A stretch of DNA of 32,000 nucleotides from assembly GCA_963705375.1 (NCBI GenBank), contig OY970071.1, forward strand, positions 900,001-932,000, read 5' to 3'. Below the pieces are notes generated by a model that did no database searches, was not told where the DNA came from, and saw only the letters and a list, made by a program, of their open reading frames with translations. Source of the DNA: Candidatus Saccharimonadota bacterium. Lineage in GTDB: Archaea; Micrarchaeota; Micrarchaeia; Micrarchaeales; Micrarchaeaceae. Both the position numbers and the translations under genes were made by a program. Positions 1-8,905 of this stretch are shown here, in pieces. Every line of letters starts with the position of its first letter. The stretch's first letter is position 1.

Positions 1-468
1 TGGGCTACGGGCTGGGCCGAATTTCCTAACGTGCTAATGCTGTCAAAAGGTGGATTTACTCCTGAACAAAAGATGCTGATGGTGCACGAGGTGGCGCATC
101 TTTTCTTTCTTATGTGTGCCAAGATATCGTTAGACAACACCCAGGTATTTCCTATCTGGCTATGGGAAGGTGTGTCCATGTTCGTTTCAGGCCAAATACT
201 GAGGCGTTCAATGACACGCCCGATCAAATTTGGCGACTTTCTAAATTATTACGACAGGCACACTGTGCCTGGAAGAGTGCAGCCTACTGTTTACTGGGAG
301 TCTGGCTTCGTTGTTGAGTTTCTTGTGAAGAAGTATGGAAAGCAGAAGCTGCTCGAACTTATCAAGTCTATTAAGCAAGCGAACACAGAAGAGCTGTTCG
401 CCAAAAGGTTCAAGGGGCTATACGGGTTCGAGCTAAGCTACGACGAATTCAACAAGCGCATCGAATGA
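1..468 (+). CDS. Putative HEXXH zinc metallopeptidase, 5' end outside the window
   Basis: ORF 31..468 stays open in frame back to nt 1 with no upstream stop. It contains HEVAH (HEXXH). No finer family assignment is possible by eye. Confidence 0.5.
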   Translation, partial: WATGWAEFPNVLMLSKGGFTPEQKMLMVHEVAHLFFLMCAKISLDNTQVFPIWLWEGVSMFVSGQILRRSMTRPIKFGDFLNYYDRHTVPGRVQPTVYWESGFVVEFLVKKYGKQKLLELIKSIKQANTEELFAKRFKGLYGFELSYDEFNKRIE

Positions 469-476
469 TGCGCTAC

Positions 477-1418
477 TCATTTCTCCGGCATAGCTATTAT
501 CTCGCAGCTGTCCTTCTTGACCCTCATCTGCGCTTCTGTCTGGCTTACCAGTCCGTTTGTGATTTCCACAAGCACAGGGTACGGTTCAACGATTCCTGCC
601 GTCACCAGCGCATGCATCCCTGCATAGAGCCTGAATTTGGAATCGACTAGGCCAGAGAGCCATCGCAAAGCGAATGGATTTTTGCCATAGTTCTGCATTA
701 TCTCCCCTAGCAGTATCCTTGCGTCTTGGGACCTTGGCATCTGCATCCTTGCAAGCTCGTATATCTCGCACACGCTGCTGTCCGTGACGAAGCCTTTTCC
801 TGTCGTTGCGAACGGTTCTATCGATATGACCATGTCCTCTTCGAGCGTGGAGTCATCACCGTTGTCGTAGTTGGGTATGAAGAGCCCTGTGTGCAGGCCG
901 TTCTTGCCCACTCCGTGGCCTCCAAGATTAGTTATCGGCTTGAACTTGTGCTTCTCTATCGTCATGCTTATCTCCTTTCCTATGTCTCTCACACGCGCAC
1001 CAGCTTTCACCATGCTCATCGCATTCTCAAGCGCTTCCCTTGACGCATCGACCAGTTTCTGGTTGTTGTGGCTCAGGTCGACAGTCAGCGCGATATCGCC
1101 GAGCATGCCCTCTTTTTCTGCGCCGAGATCAAGCTTCACAACGTCGTGCTCAGTGAAAACTCCCACATCATCGAAGGATGGTGTGTAGTGTGCCGCCTTT
1201 TCATTTATCGATATGTTTATCGGGAATGCCAGGCCGTATCCTTTCTCTTTTATGAAAGATTCAACTGTCTCGGCAACATCGAGAATCCGTGCGCCCACTT
1301 TCACTACTTCTCTTGCCTTTTGCAACGCCTCGACTGAAACCTTTCCTACTTCTTTCATCATCGCGCTGTCGTCTTTGTTCTCTTCAGATTCTACCTTCAT
1401 CGTTTCACCTATAATCAT
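477..1418 (-). CDS. map: Methionine aminopeptidase, type 2 (archaeal, M24 family)
   Basis: 313-aa ORF with the pita-bread fold signatures AAHYTP, DLGA...GDIA, GGHGVG and ISIEPF. Its ATG overlaps the stop of the upstream polB as ATGA (1415-1418). An alternative start is M7 at 1400. Confidence 0.85.
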   Translation of the reverse strand: MIIGETMKVESEENKDDSAMMKEVGKVSVEALQKAREVVKVGARILDVAETVESFIKEKGYGLAFPINISINEKAAHYTPSFDDVGVFTEHDVVKLDLGAEKEGMLGDIALTVDLSHNNQKLVDASREALENAMSMVKAGARVRDIGKEISMTIEKHKFKPITNLGGHGVGKNGLHTGLFIPNYDNGDDSTLEEDMVISIEPFATTGKGFVTDSSVCEIYELARMQMPRSQDARILLGEIMQNYGKNPFALRWLSGLVDSKFRLYAGMHALVTAGIVEPYPVLVEITNGLVSQTEAQMRVKKDSCEIIAMPEK

Positions 1419-3862
1419 AATTTCCTTTGAGTGCCGCCTCCTGCAAACTCCTCTTCTTTGAAGTTGAGTTCCTTGAGTATGCGCATCGTGGCAGGCAGCA
1501 CTTGCTTGTTTATGTAGTATTCCGGGTCGTAGTCTTTCGCAAGCTCTTCAAGTTTTGCCTTTTCCGATGTGCTGTTTCCGTGTTTGGTTATTATGTAGCT
1601 GATAACGCTCCCTTCAAAGTCTTCCTTCTTCTTCACGCCGGCTTTTATGGCGCTTCTTGCTGCCGCAACTTCTGGAGACGTTACATCATAGCTGTCTATG
1701 CTCTTCCTTATCTGTGTGTTTATTGTAAGTTCACTGAGAGGCACGATGCCGCTTCTCAGTTTGGTTATCACGTCCCTTACTATCGCTGCGGCTTTCTCTG
1801 CGCTGCCTTCTTTTAATATCACTTCAAGCACTTGTCTCTGCGTGTCTCTTGCTATCCTGGACCAGTCCCTACGTACAAGCTCGAAGCCGCGTATCTTTAT
1901 TCTGCCGCTCTCTGATATCAGTGCATACTTTTTCTTTGCACCTCCTGCGCCTTTCTCCGATTTCTTGCCTACGAAAACTCCACGGGAATAGAAATCCTCT
2001 AGCTCCAGTTCCATAGATTCTGGAAGGCTGCTGTTGTAGTCTTTCATGAACGCGAGCGCGTCGTCTCTGCTGTTATCTCCTAACAAAAGGACCACGCTGT
2101 CCGTGTCTCCATAAAGGACCTTGAAACCTTTTGCTTCGGATCGGTCCATCAGTGTCTTTATGTATTGTCTGCCCCATGCAGTCACGCTTGCCGCGGATTC
2201 CCTCGAATACCAGCGCGACCTCGCGTAGCCGAGATAGCCGTAGAACGAGTTCGAGACTATTTTAAGCGCCTGAGACCTGCTTCCCAGGACCATGTTGTTC
2301 GGATCCTTCTTGTATGCCTTTTTCACCACGGCACGCTGCTCTACAAGATACTTGAGTATGCGCGGCATTATGCTCTTCCTGTCTTTGCTGAACTTATCGC
2401 CTGTCGGCGACTCGTAGTAGTCTCTGCACTCACTGCAGAGCGAGGACGGGTCTATATTATGGGATATTATTATCGATGGGTACAGTCCCCTGAAGTCGAA
2501 AAGTGCGAGCTTAGAGTATATGCCCGGTTCTGGGGTCTTTACATAAGCGCCTTCTATTGGGTTGCGCAGCCTCAACGCAGTCTCTTGCTCGGATGGCTTG
2601 TTAGGTATCACTTCGCCTGACATCGTCGAGTAGCGCATGAGCATGAACTCCACGAGCTGGCCTGTTGTGGATACGCACACATCGCCAAGCACGTCATCGG
2701 TGACTCTTGAGAGCTCGACCATTATCGGGATTAGCGGATCGTACACCTTCTGCAATGCAATGGCGTCGTTGAGGTTGTATTTCGCAAGCTCTTCTAGCTC
2801 ATCCTTTGTGCCATCCCACATCTTGAATATGTTCCTCTTGTCTACAACGAGCTTCTTGTCGTTGCTCATTGCCTCGTACACGTTCTTCAGAGTGTAGCTG
2901 TTGAGCCTTAGTATGTTCTCAGATGCTCCGACGACCGCAACGAATCTGACCACAAGATACATGTCCACGTGGGCCACGCCTCCTATCCTGACCTTGTTCA
3001 CAAGGCCATGGCTCTCTATCCTGGTGGTTCCCTCGAACCTGCTGAGATCGAATTCGATTCCAAGCGCGCTCGCCCTGTCAAGAAGGTACTTTATGTCAAA
3101 GTTCGCGCTGTTGTAGCCAACTATCACGTCTACGTCCAGTTCCTTGACCTTTTTGACGAATCTCTTGATCATGTCTCGTTCATCCTTTGCAACCTCCACA
3201 AAGGGCAGGTTTATGTTTTTGAAAGTGATGACGCCGCTGTTCTGCTTTCCGTCCTTCAAGCAGTTGTAGCTTATCATTATCACCGGGTCCTTGAGCGGCC
3301 TTGGGTTTCCAAGCGGGTTGTACACCTCTATGTCGAAACACATCACATTGAGGTTCAGGGCACTATCCTCTTTCTTCGTGAAAGAGAGTGCATCAAGCAT
3401 GCCATTGTTGTCTAGCGCTTTTATCTCGTAGTTGGCTAGCGGCTCTATACCACTGTCCACCGAGTAACGTTTGGCAAACGGTATGTCATACTCGTAGCAA
3501 TTTCCATACTGCTGCAGAACTGCGCTCAATTTCGGCACATGTGCTGGATTGCCTACGAACACTCTGAACGCATCGACTTCTTTTCCTATCAGGCTCTTCC
3601 TGACTTTCTCGACCTTTGTGGCGCCGGCAGACCTCTCGCCATCCTGGAATTTTATTGCAGTGATTGTTTTTTCATCAACGTCCCTTGATGGTACTATGTA
3701 GAAATAGGGTCTGAACTTGGTGTCAAACAGCTCCCGTGCCTTGCCGTCCTTGCACTTGACGGTGAGCCTTATGTATGCTGCGTCGCCCTTGTTAAGGTAG
3801 TCTACGTCTAGCACTGCGCCTTCAAGCACTATTTCTTTCGTTTCGCTAGAACTAGCTGGCAT
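1415..3862 (-). CDS. polB: Replicative family-B DNA polymerase (host PolB)
   Basis: 815 aa. Exo I is FDIEV, Exo II is YNSANFDIKYL and Exo III is YNLNDAIA. Motif A is DFRGLYPSII, motif B is KIVSNSFYGYLG and motif C is YGDTDSV. Confidence 0.93.
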   Translation of the reverse strand: MPASSSETKEIVLEGAVLDVDYLNKGDAAYIRLTVKCKDGKARELFDTKFRPYFYIVPSRDVDEKTITAIKFQDGERSAGATKVEKVRKSLIGKEVDAFRVFVGNPAHVPKLSAVLQQYGNCYEYDIPFAKRYSVDSGIEPLANYEIKALDNNGMLDALSFTKKEDSALNLNVMCFDIEVYNPLGNPRPLKDPVIMISYNCLKDGKQNSGVITFKNINLPFVEVAKDERDMIKRFVKKVKELDVDVIVGYNSANFDIKYLLDRASALGIEFDLSRFEGTTRIESHGLVNKVRIGGVAHVDMYLVVRFVAVVGASENILRLNSYTLKNVYEAMSNDKKLVVDKRNIFKMWDGTKDELEELAKYNLNDAIALQKVYDPLIPIMVELSRVTDDVLGDVCVSTTGQLVEFMLMRYSTMSGEVIPNKPSEQETALRLRNPIEGAYVKTPEPGIYSKLALFDFRGLYPSIIISHNIDPSSLCSECRDYYESPTGDKFSKDRKSIMPRILKYLVEQRAVVKKAYKKDPNNMVLGSRSQALKIVSNSFYGYLGYARSRWYSRESAASVTAWGRQYIKTLMDRSEAKGFKVLYGDTDSVVLLLGDNSRDDALAFMKDYNSSLPESMELELEDFYSRGVFVGKKSEKGAGGAKKKYALISESGRIKIRGFELVRRDWSRIARDTQRQVLEVILKEGSAEKAAAIVRDVITKLRSGIVPLSELTINTQIRKSIDSYDVTSPEVAAARSAIKAGVKKKEDFEGSVISYIITKHGNSTSEKAKLEELAKDYDPEYYINKQVLPATMRILKELNFKEEEFAGGGTQRKL

Positions 3863-3894
3863 GAGTAGGTTTGGCCTCTGCAGGCTTATAAACG

Positions 3895-4317
3895 CTACTT
3901 TTCTGGCGGCTCCTGGATCTTTATGCTGCTTATCACTATTGGCGGTATGAGGCCAAGCGAGTATGCGACAAGCGTTCCGGTTGCTCCGCAGCGGAAGTTC
4001 AGGCCGTTCAGTATCTCTTCCTCCATCTTTGCTGGCAACCTGCGCGTCTTTGTCCAGTTGTCCACGATGCTTGTTATCGCGTCCTTAGAATCAGAGACTT
4101 CGACTGCGCCCTTAAGCTTTATCGAGCCTACGCTCTTCGAATCCTTTGCATCGCCGTCAAGATAGTCTGCCGTGAATGAATATCCTATCTTCAGCTTTGC
4201 GCCATCAGCAGCGACCTTGTCTATGTCTATGTTGAACTTCGGGAAGCGCTGTTTTGCCAATGCCTCAGAGGACTCTATCTTTGCCTCGACCCCCAATATT
4301 GTAAATCCGGTTATCAT
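3895..4317 (-). CDS. Hypothetical protein (140 aa), first gene of an apparent 140aa-polB-map transcription unit
   Basis: Clean ORF with host-like composition, 32 nt upstream of polB on the same strand. No recognisable motif. Confidence 0.55.
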   Translation of the reverse strand: MITGFTILGVEAKIESSEALAKQRFPKFNIDIDKVAADGAKLKIGYSFTADYLDGDAKDSKSVGSIKLKGAVEVSDSKDAITSIVDNWTKTRRLPAKMEEEILNGLNFRCGATGTLVAYSLGLIPPIVISSIKIQEPPEK

Positions 4318-4486
4318 GTATTCACTGTTGTTTGTAGCATTACTGAGTTAAATAAGGTATTTAATACCTTAGGCTTGCCTGGCTTTGTGCATGGCAATCG
4401 CCATCATTCTCATAGGTGCACAAATGCACATATCTAAATATGCGCGATATTAATCTGCATAAGGCGCATTAGGCTGGCAAGGTGAG

Positions 4487-6094
4487 TTGCTGCAACAGTA
4501 TGATGATGGCGTTTCTGGGCAAGACGACGTGTTCGAGTTGGGCGCTAAGGCTGCAACCACTGCGAGCGCGGCGCTGTTCGGTAAGCTGTACACCATCATA
4601 GTCGCTGGAATTGCATTCATACTCGTTGCCAGACTCTTAGGTCCTACCTCATACGGTGTTTATGCAGTTGCGATTGCAATCGTGGGCTTCTTTACTTCTA
4701 TAGGCGACATGGGCATAGGTTCAACATTCAGCAAATTCCTTGCAGAGTACAAGAGCAAGCGCAGAAACGACGAGATGGCTGAACTGCTCCTTAACGGCTA
4801 CTTTATACTTGTAGTGATGTGCGCACTTTTCTCCATAATCGCATTTGGCCTTAGCGGGTTTTTTGCATCATACGTGCTCCACAACAGCGCATATGCTTAC
4901 GTTCTGGAATCCGCGTCTTTCATAATAATACTGTGTGTGCTCTTCGGAGACACGTACTCTGCGCTGGTCGGTCTAGGTGCTGGCAAAAGCATAGGCCTTG
5001 GAATTGCGATACAGGTGACCGTGCAGTCTGTGGTAAGCGTGTTCCTTGCATTTTATGGCTATGGTGCCATGGCGCCTGTGATCGGTTTGGTTCTTAGTTA
5101 TATTGCAGGCACGGCATTTGTGCTGCGGGAAATATTAACAAACGTAAGCTTTGCAGGTGCACGAATCTCGATAAAATCTATAAAGCGCATAATGAGATTC
5201 GCGACACCGCTGGCAGCGTCTAATTTGATGACAAGCATCATGGCCAACCTCACAATTATGGTGCTTGGTATATTCGTCGCCTCGTCTGTGCTTGGAGATT
5301 TCGGAATAGTACAAAGGACTGGCACCATGATCAGCATGATTTCCGACTCAATCGGAGTATCTCTTCTGCCGATGTTCTCTGTAAGGATGGCCCAAAAGCG
5401 TTTCGATTCAAAAAAATCAAACACGCTGTACAGTTATGCCGTCTATGTTGCATTCCTGTTTATCACGCCAATCATGCTCTATATGGTGCTGCTTGCGAAG
5501 CCCTTCACTGTCACAGTGTTCAAGAGCGTGTATGCAAACGCATCACTTTACATAGCGATAATGAGTGCTGGCATACTTACAGGAATCGCAGGAACGTACG
5601 CCGCAAGCCTGCTCACAAGCGCAAGCAAAGTGCGGCTTGTCGCCAAGTGCTATGCGCTAATCGCACTGGTGCAGCTTATTTCCATCGCAGCACTAGTGCC
5701 TACTTTCAAAGGCACAGGTGCGATAGTCCAGATGTTCATTGTGTCTCCTGTTGCAACCACTATTGTGTTCGTCTATGCCGCAAGGAAAGCGCTGAATGCG
5801 AAACTAAACGTAGGCAGGATATTTCGCGTGGTGTTTGCTGGTATTATGAGTGCAGCGTTCATAGTCCCGCTGATCTATCTTATAGGTGGCAACTACATTG
5901 CACTTCTCGCAGCAGCTTTCGTTGAGCAGGCGTTGTTGTATCCGCCTATGCTTGCGATAACCCGTGCGGCCAAATCAAAAGATCTTAGTGCGCTCAAACA
6001 AGTGTCAGGCAGAATACCTGTTGTAGGTGCCATAATCGGCACGATTGTTGGTTATTCCTCGATGTTCTGCGCTGTCAGTCAAAAAGAAACTTGA
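4487..6094 (+). CDS. Polysaccharide/oligosaccharide flippase, MOP/Wzx-like multi-pass membrane protein
   Basis: 535 aa, hydrophobic throughout with many predicted TM helices and the typical Wzx/polysaccharide biosynthesis protein layout. It starts with TTG at 4487, just after aaggtgag. The exact start is uncertain. Confidence 0.7.
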   Translation: MLQQYDDGVSGQDDVFELGAKAATTASAALFGKLYTIIVAGIAFILVARLLGPTSYGVYAVAIAIVGFFTSIGDMGIGSTFSKFLAEYKSKRRNDEMAELLLNGYFILVVMCALFSIIAFGLSGFFASYVLHNSAYAYVLESASFIIILCVLFGDTYSALVGLGAGKSIGLGIAIQVTVQSVVSVFLAFYGYGAMAPVIGLVLSYIAGTAFVLREILTNVSFAGARISIKSIKRIMRFATPLAASNLMTSIMANLTIMVLGIFVASSVLGDFGIVQRTGTMISMISDSIGVSLLPMFSVRMAQKRFDSKKSNTLYSYAVYVAFLFITPIMLYMVLLAKPFTVTVFKSVYANASLYIAIMSAGILTGIAGTYAASLLTSASKVRLVAKCYALIALVQLISIAALVPTFKGTGAIVQMFIVSPVATTIVFVYAARKALNAKLNVGRIFRVVFAGIMSAAFIVPLIYLIGGNYIALLAAAFVEQALLYPPMLAITRAAKSKDLSALKQVSGRIPVVGAIIGTIVGYSSMFCAVSQKET

Positions 6095-6740
6095 AATCGA
6101 GAAGGAACAGCTTCACCCCGTCAACGAGCTTCATCTGCTTGCTGTTGCCGACACGCTCGTAATAGTTTATCGGGACCTCCTCTACCTTGAAACCCCTTTT
6201 ACATGTTTTTATGGTCATTTCCGATTCTATTCCGAAATATTGCTCCTTTAGCATCAGTGCATTGAAAACGTGCGTTCTTATGGCTCTAAGGCCTGTCTGG
6301 GAATCCCTCACGTGCATATTGTACAGCAGATTCGCTGTGTTAGTTATTGTTCTGTTGCCGAATTCCACAAATGCGGGCATCGCCTTCCTATCTAAGTCTT
6401 TGAGCCTATTCCCTAGTGCAAGATCTGCGCCGTTTCTTATGCGCGCAACAACTTTTTTAAGGTCGTTGGAATCGTAAGTTGAATCGCCATCTATGAAGCA
6501 CATTATCTCTGTCTTTACAAGCTTTGCAACCTGGATGCACGCATTGCCCTTTCCTGTTCCGCGCTGCTTTACGAACACAGTGTTCTTTAACTCGCGTTCC
6601 GACCTCGACAGGCTCACATCTCCTTTGTAGACCACTATGATCCTGCAGTTGTGCAGCGCTTTGGATACCTCGCGTACAACATTGGCTGCTGCAGGCTCGT
6701 CTTTAATAGGAATTACGACAGTCGTATCCGAGTAATCCAT
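6075..6740 (-). CDS. Family 2 glycosyltransferase (dolichyl-phosphate sugar synthase-like)
   Basis: 221 aa. The N-terminal VVIPIKDE, the FIDGDSTYD (DxD) motif and the overall GT-A pattern support the call. It is convergent with the flippase and overlaps it by 20 nt. Confidence 0.8.
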   Translation of the reverse strand: MDYSDTTVVIPIKDEPAAANVVREVSKALHNCRIIVVYKGDVSLSRSERELKNTVFVKQRGTGKGNACIQVAKLVKTEIMCFIDGDSTYDSNDLKKVVARIRNGADLALGNRLKDLDRKAMPAFVEFGNRTITNTANLLYNMHVRDSQTGLRAIRTHVFNALMLKEQYFGIESEMTIKTCKRGFKVEEVPINYYERVGNSKQMKLVDGVKLFLLDFKFLFD

Positions 6741-6819
6741 TCGCTCGACCAGGTGTTCTCATTTATCAAGGAGTTAATATATATTTGTGTGCGCCACGTC
6801 TGACCTGAACGGTGCGCAC

Positions 6820-7386
6820 ATGCAAGAGTCCAAGACAAGGGCCTTCATAGCTATAGACATTCCTCAAGACATCAAATCCAAGATTCTGGAAGCGCTCAAA
6901 AAACTGGACAAGAGCCGCATAAAAGCCGTCGGCCCTGAGCAGCTGCACATCACTATGTTCTTTCTAGGCTACGTTGATCCGAGCCAACTGGATGGCGTGA
7001 AGCGAGTATTATCAAGTATGGACAAGCGCAGCTTTACTATTGGTCTAAACGGGATAGGCACTTTCGACCAGAGGAATCCGCACGTAGTTTTCGTAAACAT
7101 AACCACGGGTTCCAAAGAACTGAAAGGCGTGTATGCCTCACTCTCCGATGACCTATCTGCGCTGCGCATAGGGATTGAAGAGCGCGAGTTCACGCCTCAT
7201 GTCACTGTGATGCGGTTAAATAGCTACTCGAGAATGGAAATAAGTGCGGTTAGCGCGTTGATAAAAGAATACTCTGGCTACGATTTCGGCAGCTTCCTTT
7301 GCACGAAAATAAAGCTCAAGCAGAGCGTACTGACAGACAAAGGGCCTGTGTACACTGACCTCTTTGTAAAGGAGCTCACTTCTTGA
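6820..7386 (+). CDS. ligT: RNA 2',3'-cyclic phosphodiesterase / 2'-5' RNA ligase (2H phosphoesterase)
   Basis: Two HxT motifs (HITMFF and HVTVMR) at the spacing typical of LigT/ThpR. The ATG at 6820 is preferred over the GTG at 6787 given in the ORF track. Confidence 0.8.
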   Translation: MQESKTRAFIAIDIPQDIKSKILEALKKLDKSRIKAVGPEQLHITMFFLGYVDPSQLDGVKRVLSSMDKRSFTIGLNGIGTFDQRNPHVVFVNITTGSKELKGVYASLSDDLSALRIGIEEREFTPHVTVMRLNSYSRMEISAVSALIKEYSGYDFGSFLCTKIKLKQSVLTDKGPVYTDLFVKELTS

Positions 7387-7975
7387 GCGATCTCTCGAAC
7401 TGCTCGAGCGTGATGGTGTTGATGAGTTCTCCAGGCCTGTACAGTCTGTCCTCAAGCAGCACATCCTGGCTAACGCCGAGCTTCATGTCTATGGCTATGT
7501 GCCTGGTCTCCTTGCCGAAAAGGTCCACTTCCATAAGCTTTATTCCTGCAGCACTTATGAGGTCTGAAATCTGGCCAAGATAGTCTGCCTTCTGCTTGCT
7601 CTGGAGCCCTATCAGCCTCGTCTCAAGGTTAGGCTTGCGCTTTAGCTTCCCAAGCGACTCGATGTATGAACTGAGCTGCGCGCTCGTGTTTCCTTCAAAG
7701 CCGAAAAGCCTGCACACGAACACCGATCGTGCATTGACGTCATAGATGCTCATCAACATGTCGTACGTGATGTTATTTGCAACAACGTACCGTACTTCTG
7801 CGGGGCTCTGGAACCCGCCCTTGTAAAATTTACTGACTTCTAAATAGGTTCCTTTTGAGTAAGTGTCTATCGCTCCCTTTGAAATGTGCGTCCTCTCCTT
7901 GTAACAGTGCAGATACCTGTCCGCGCCAAAGCTGGTCCTAGAGAGTGCTCTACTGAAGATTCCCTCGAAGCTCAA
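7376..7975 (-). CDS. Hypothetical protein (199 aa, TTG start)
   Basis: Long ORF with host-like composition. Its convergent 3' end overlaps ligT by 11 nt. No motif recognised. Confidence 0.5.
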   Translation of the reverse strand: MSFEGIFSRALSRTSFGADRYLHCYKERTHISKGAIDTYSKGTYLEVSKFYKGGFQSPAEVRYVVANNITYDMLMSIYDVNARSVFVCRLFGFEGNTSAQLSSYIESLGKLKRKPNLETRLIGLQSKQKADYLGQISDLISAAGIKLMEVDLFGKETRHIAIDMKLGVSQDVLLEDRLYRPGELINTITLEQFERSLKK

Positions 7976-8013
7976 ACAAACACCACAAACGCTTTAAGCT
8001 TGTATGGATGAAA

Positions 8014-8021
8014 GTATTATA
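8014..8021 (+). promoter_or_regulatory. Candidate TATA box upstream of rpoD
   Basis: gtattata lies 36-43 nt upstream of the rpoD ATG (8057), compatible with an archaeal promoter and a short leader. Confidence 0.3.
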
Positions 8022-8056
8022 GTTTTACTTTTCAGTAGCCTATCCTGCTACATACC

Positions 8057-8644
8057 ATGAATGATGATCCTATGAAGTCAGAAGTTGTAGAGTCGAACGA
8101 TAACGTTTTCAGGTTTGTTCTAAAGGATGTCTCGAACGCGTACGCAAATGCACTCAGACGCATGGCCTTAAGCCACGTGAAGTGCTTTGCAATTGACAAG
8201 GTGACCTTCTACGAGAACACGAGTGCAATATTCGACGAATACATTGCACACAGAATAGGCCTCATCCCCATAGTCACGCCGAATACTGGCTATAGTGCCG
8301 ATGACGAGATACTATTCACTCTCGATGCAACGGGGCCTAAAACCGTTTACTCCCGAGAATTGGAGAGTGCCGACAAGGAAGTGGTTGTCAAGAACGGCAA
8401 CATACCGATAATAAAGCTCGCCCAGGACCAGCGCCTGCGAATCGAGGCAAAGGCGATTCTTGGAGAGGGTCTGAAGCACGCAAAGTTCCAGCCCGGAATA
8501 GTAACATACGAACAGTCCGACAGCAACTTCAATTTCTATGTTGAAACCTTCGGACAGATGCCTCCAAAGCAGATAATCACCAAGGCGCTTGATGCGTTAA
8601 AAAGCGAACTTAAGGAACTTGAAAAGGAAACAAAGAAACTCTGA
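8057..8644 (+). CDS. rpoD: DNA-directed RNA polymerase subunit D (Rpo3)
   Basis: 195 aa. The N-terminal ...FVLKDVSNAYANALRRMALSHV... and HRIGLIPI are typical of the archaeal D / eukaryotic RPB3-AC40 dimerisation domain. Confidence 0.85.
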   Translation: MNDDPMKSEVVESNDNVFRFVLKDVSNAYANALRRMALSHVKCFAIDKVTFYENTSAIFDEYIAHRIGLIPIVTPNTGYSADDEILFTLDATGPKTVYSRELESADKEVVVKNGNIPIIKLAQDQRLRIEAKAILGEGLKHAKFQPGIVTYEQSDSNFNFYVETFGQMPPKQIITKALDALKSELKELEKETKKL

Positions 8645-8648
8645 TCTT

Positions 8649-8735
8649 GCGGGGGTGGCAGAGCTAGGCCAAATGCGCAGGATTGAGGTTCCTGTGTCTT
8701 TAGAGACTACGTGAGTTCAAATCTCACCCCCCGCA
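8649..8735 (+). tRNA. tRNA-Leu(GAG), class II with long variable arm, CCA not encoded
   Basis: Hand-folded cloverleaf. The acceptor is GCGGGGG/CCCCCGC with discriminator A. The D stem is GCA/TGC with a 13-nt loop. The anticodon stem is CAGGA/TCCTG with loop TTGAGGT, anticodon GAG at 8685-8687. The variable arm has a GTCT/AGAC stem. The T arm is GTGAG-TTCAAAT-CTCAC. Confidence 0.92.
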
Positions 8736-8745
8736 TATGTTTGCT
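8728..8745. repeat. Left copy of 18-bp direct repeat (target-site duplication / attL), overlapping the last 8 nt of tRNA-Leu
   Basis: cccccgcatatgtttgct at 8728-8745 is identical to 23605-23622. The first five C could instead belong to the right TIR as the complement of the left-terminal GGGGG, which would leave a 13-bp TSD gcatatgtttgct. Confidence 0.9.
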
Positions 8746-8856
8746 GGGGGTTATATTAAACGCTCCATTTCACCCACTTTTGGGCGGTTATCCGTTCCAT
8801 TTCACCCACTTTTGCCGATTATCCTTTCCATTTCAATCAGCTAGACAGGACGAGGG
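8746..8856. repeat. Left terminal inverted repeat (~111 bp) with three subterminal TCCATTTCA units
   Basis: The left end gggggTTATATTAAAcgCTCCATTTCA ... TTTCAATCaGCTAGACAGGACGAGGG aligns with the reverse complement of 23529-23609. TCCATTTCA starts at 8764, 8796 and 8827, a period of 31-32 nt. Confidence 0.88.
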
Positions 8857-8905
8857 AAATATCTGGGTCAAGAGAGGTTTATATGCGGAGTTGAAAAGCC
8901 TGTGA

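Noticed and set aside
726-1461. Several 80-105-aa plus-strand ORFs (726..1043, 871..1188, 1068..1337, 1213..1461)
   Set aside because: All are antisense to the well-supported methionine aminopeptidase gene and have no independent support.
6075-6094. 20-nt convergent overlap of the flippase and GT2 genes as a regulatory feature
   Set aside because: Short convergent 3' overlaps are common in compact archaeal genomes. No structure or repeat is visible there.
8057-8644. Short (195 aa) RpoD as an anomalous or truncated subunit
   Set aside because: As far as I recall, D subunits of about this size, lacking the Fe-S cluster domain, occur in other archaea such as methanogens. The ORF is intact with a normal dimerisation domain.
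8711-8905. 64-aa plus-strand ORF starting inside tRNA-Leu
   Set aside because: It covers the tRNA 3' end, the TSD and the entire left TIR. Its repetitive translation (HPLLGGYPFHFTHF) simply reflects the TIR repeat units.
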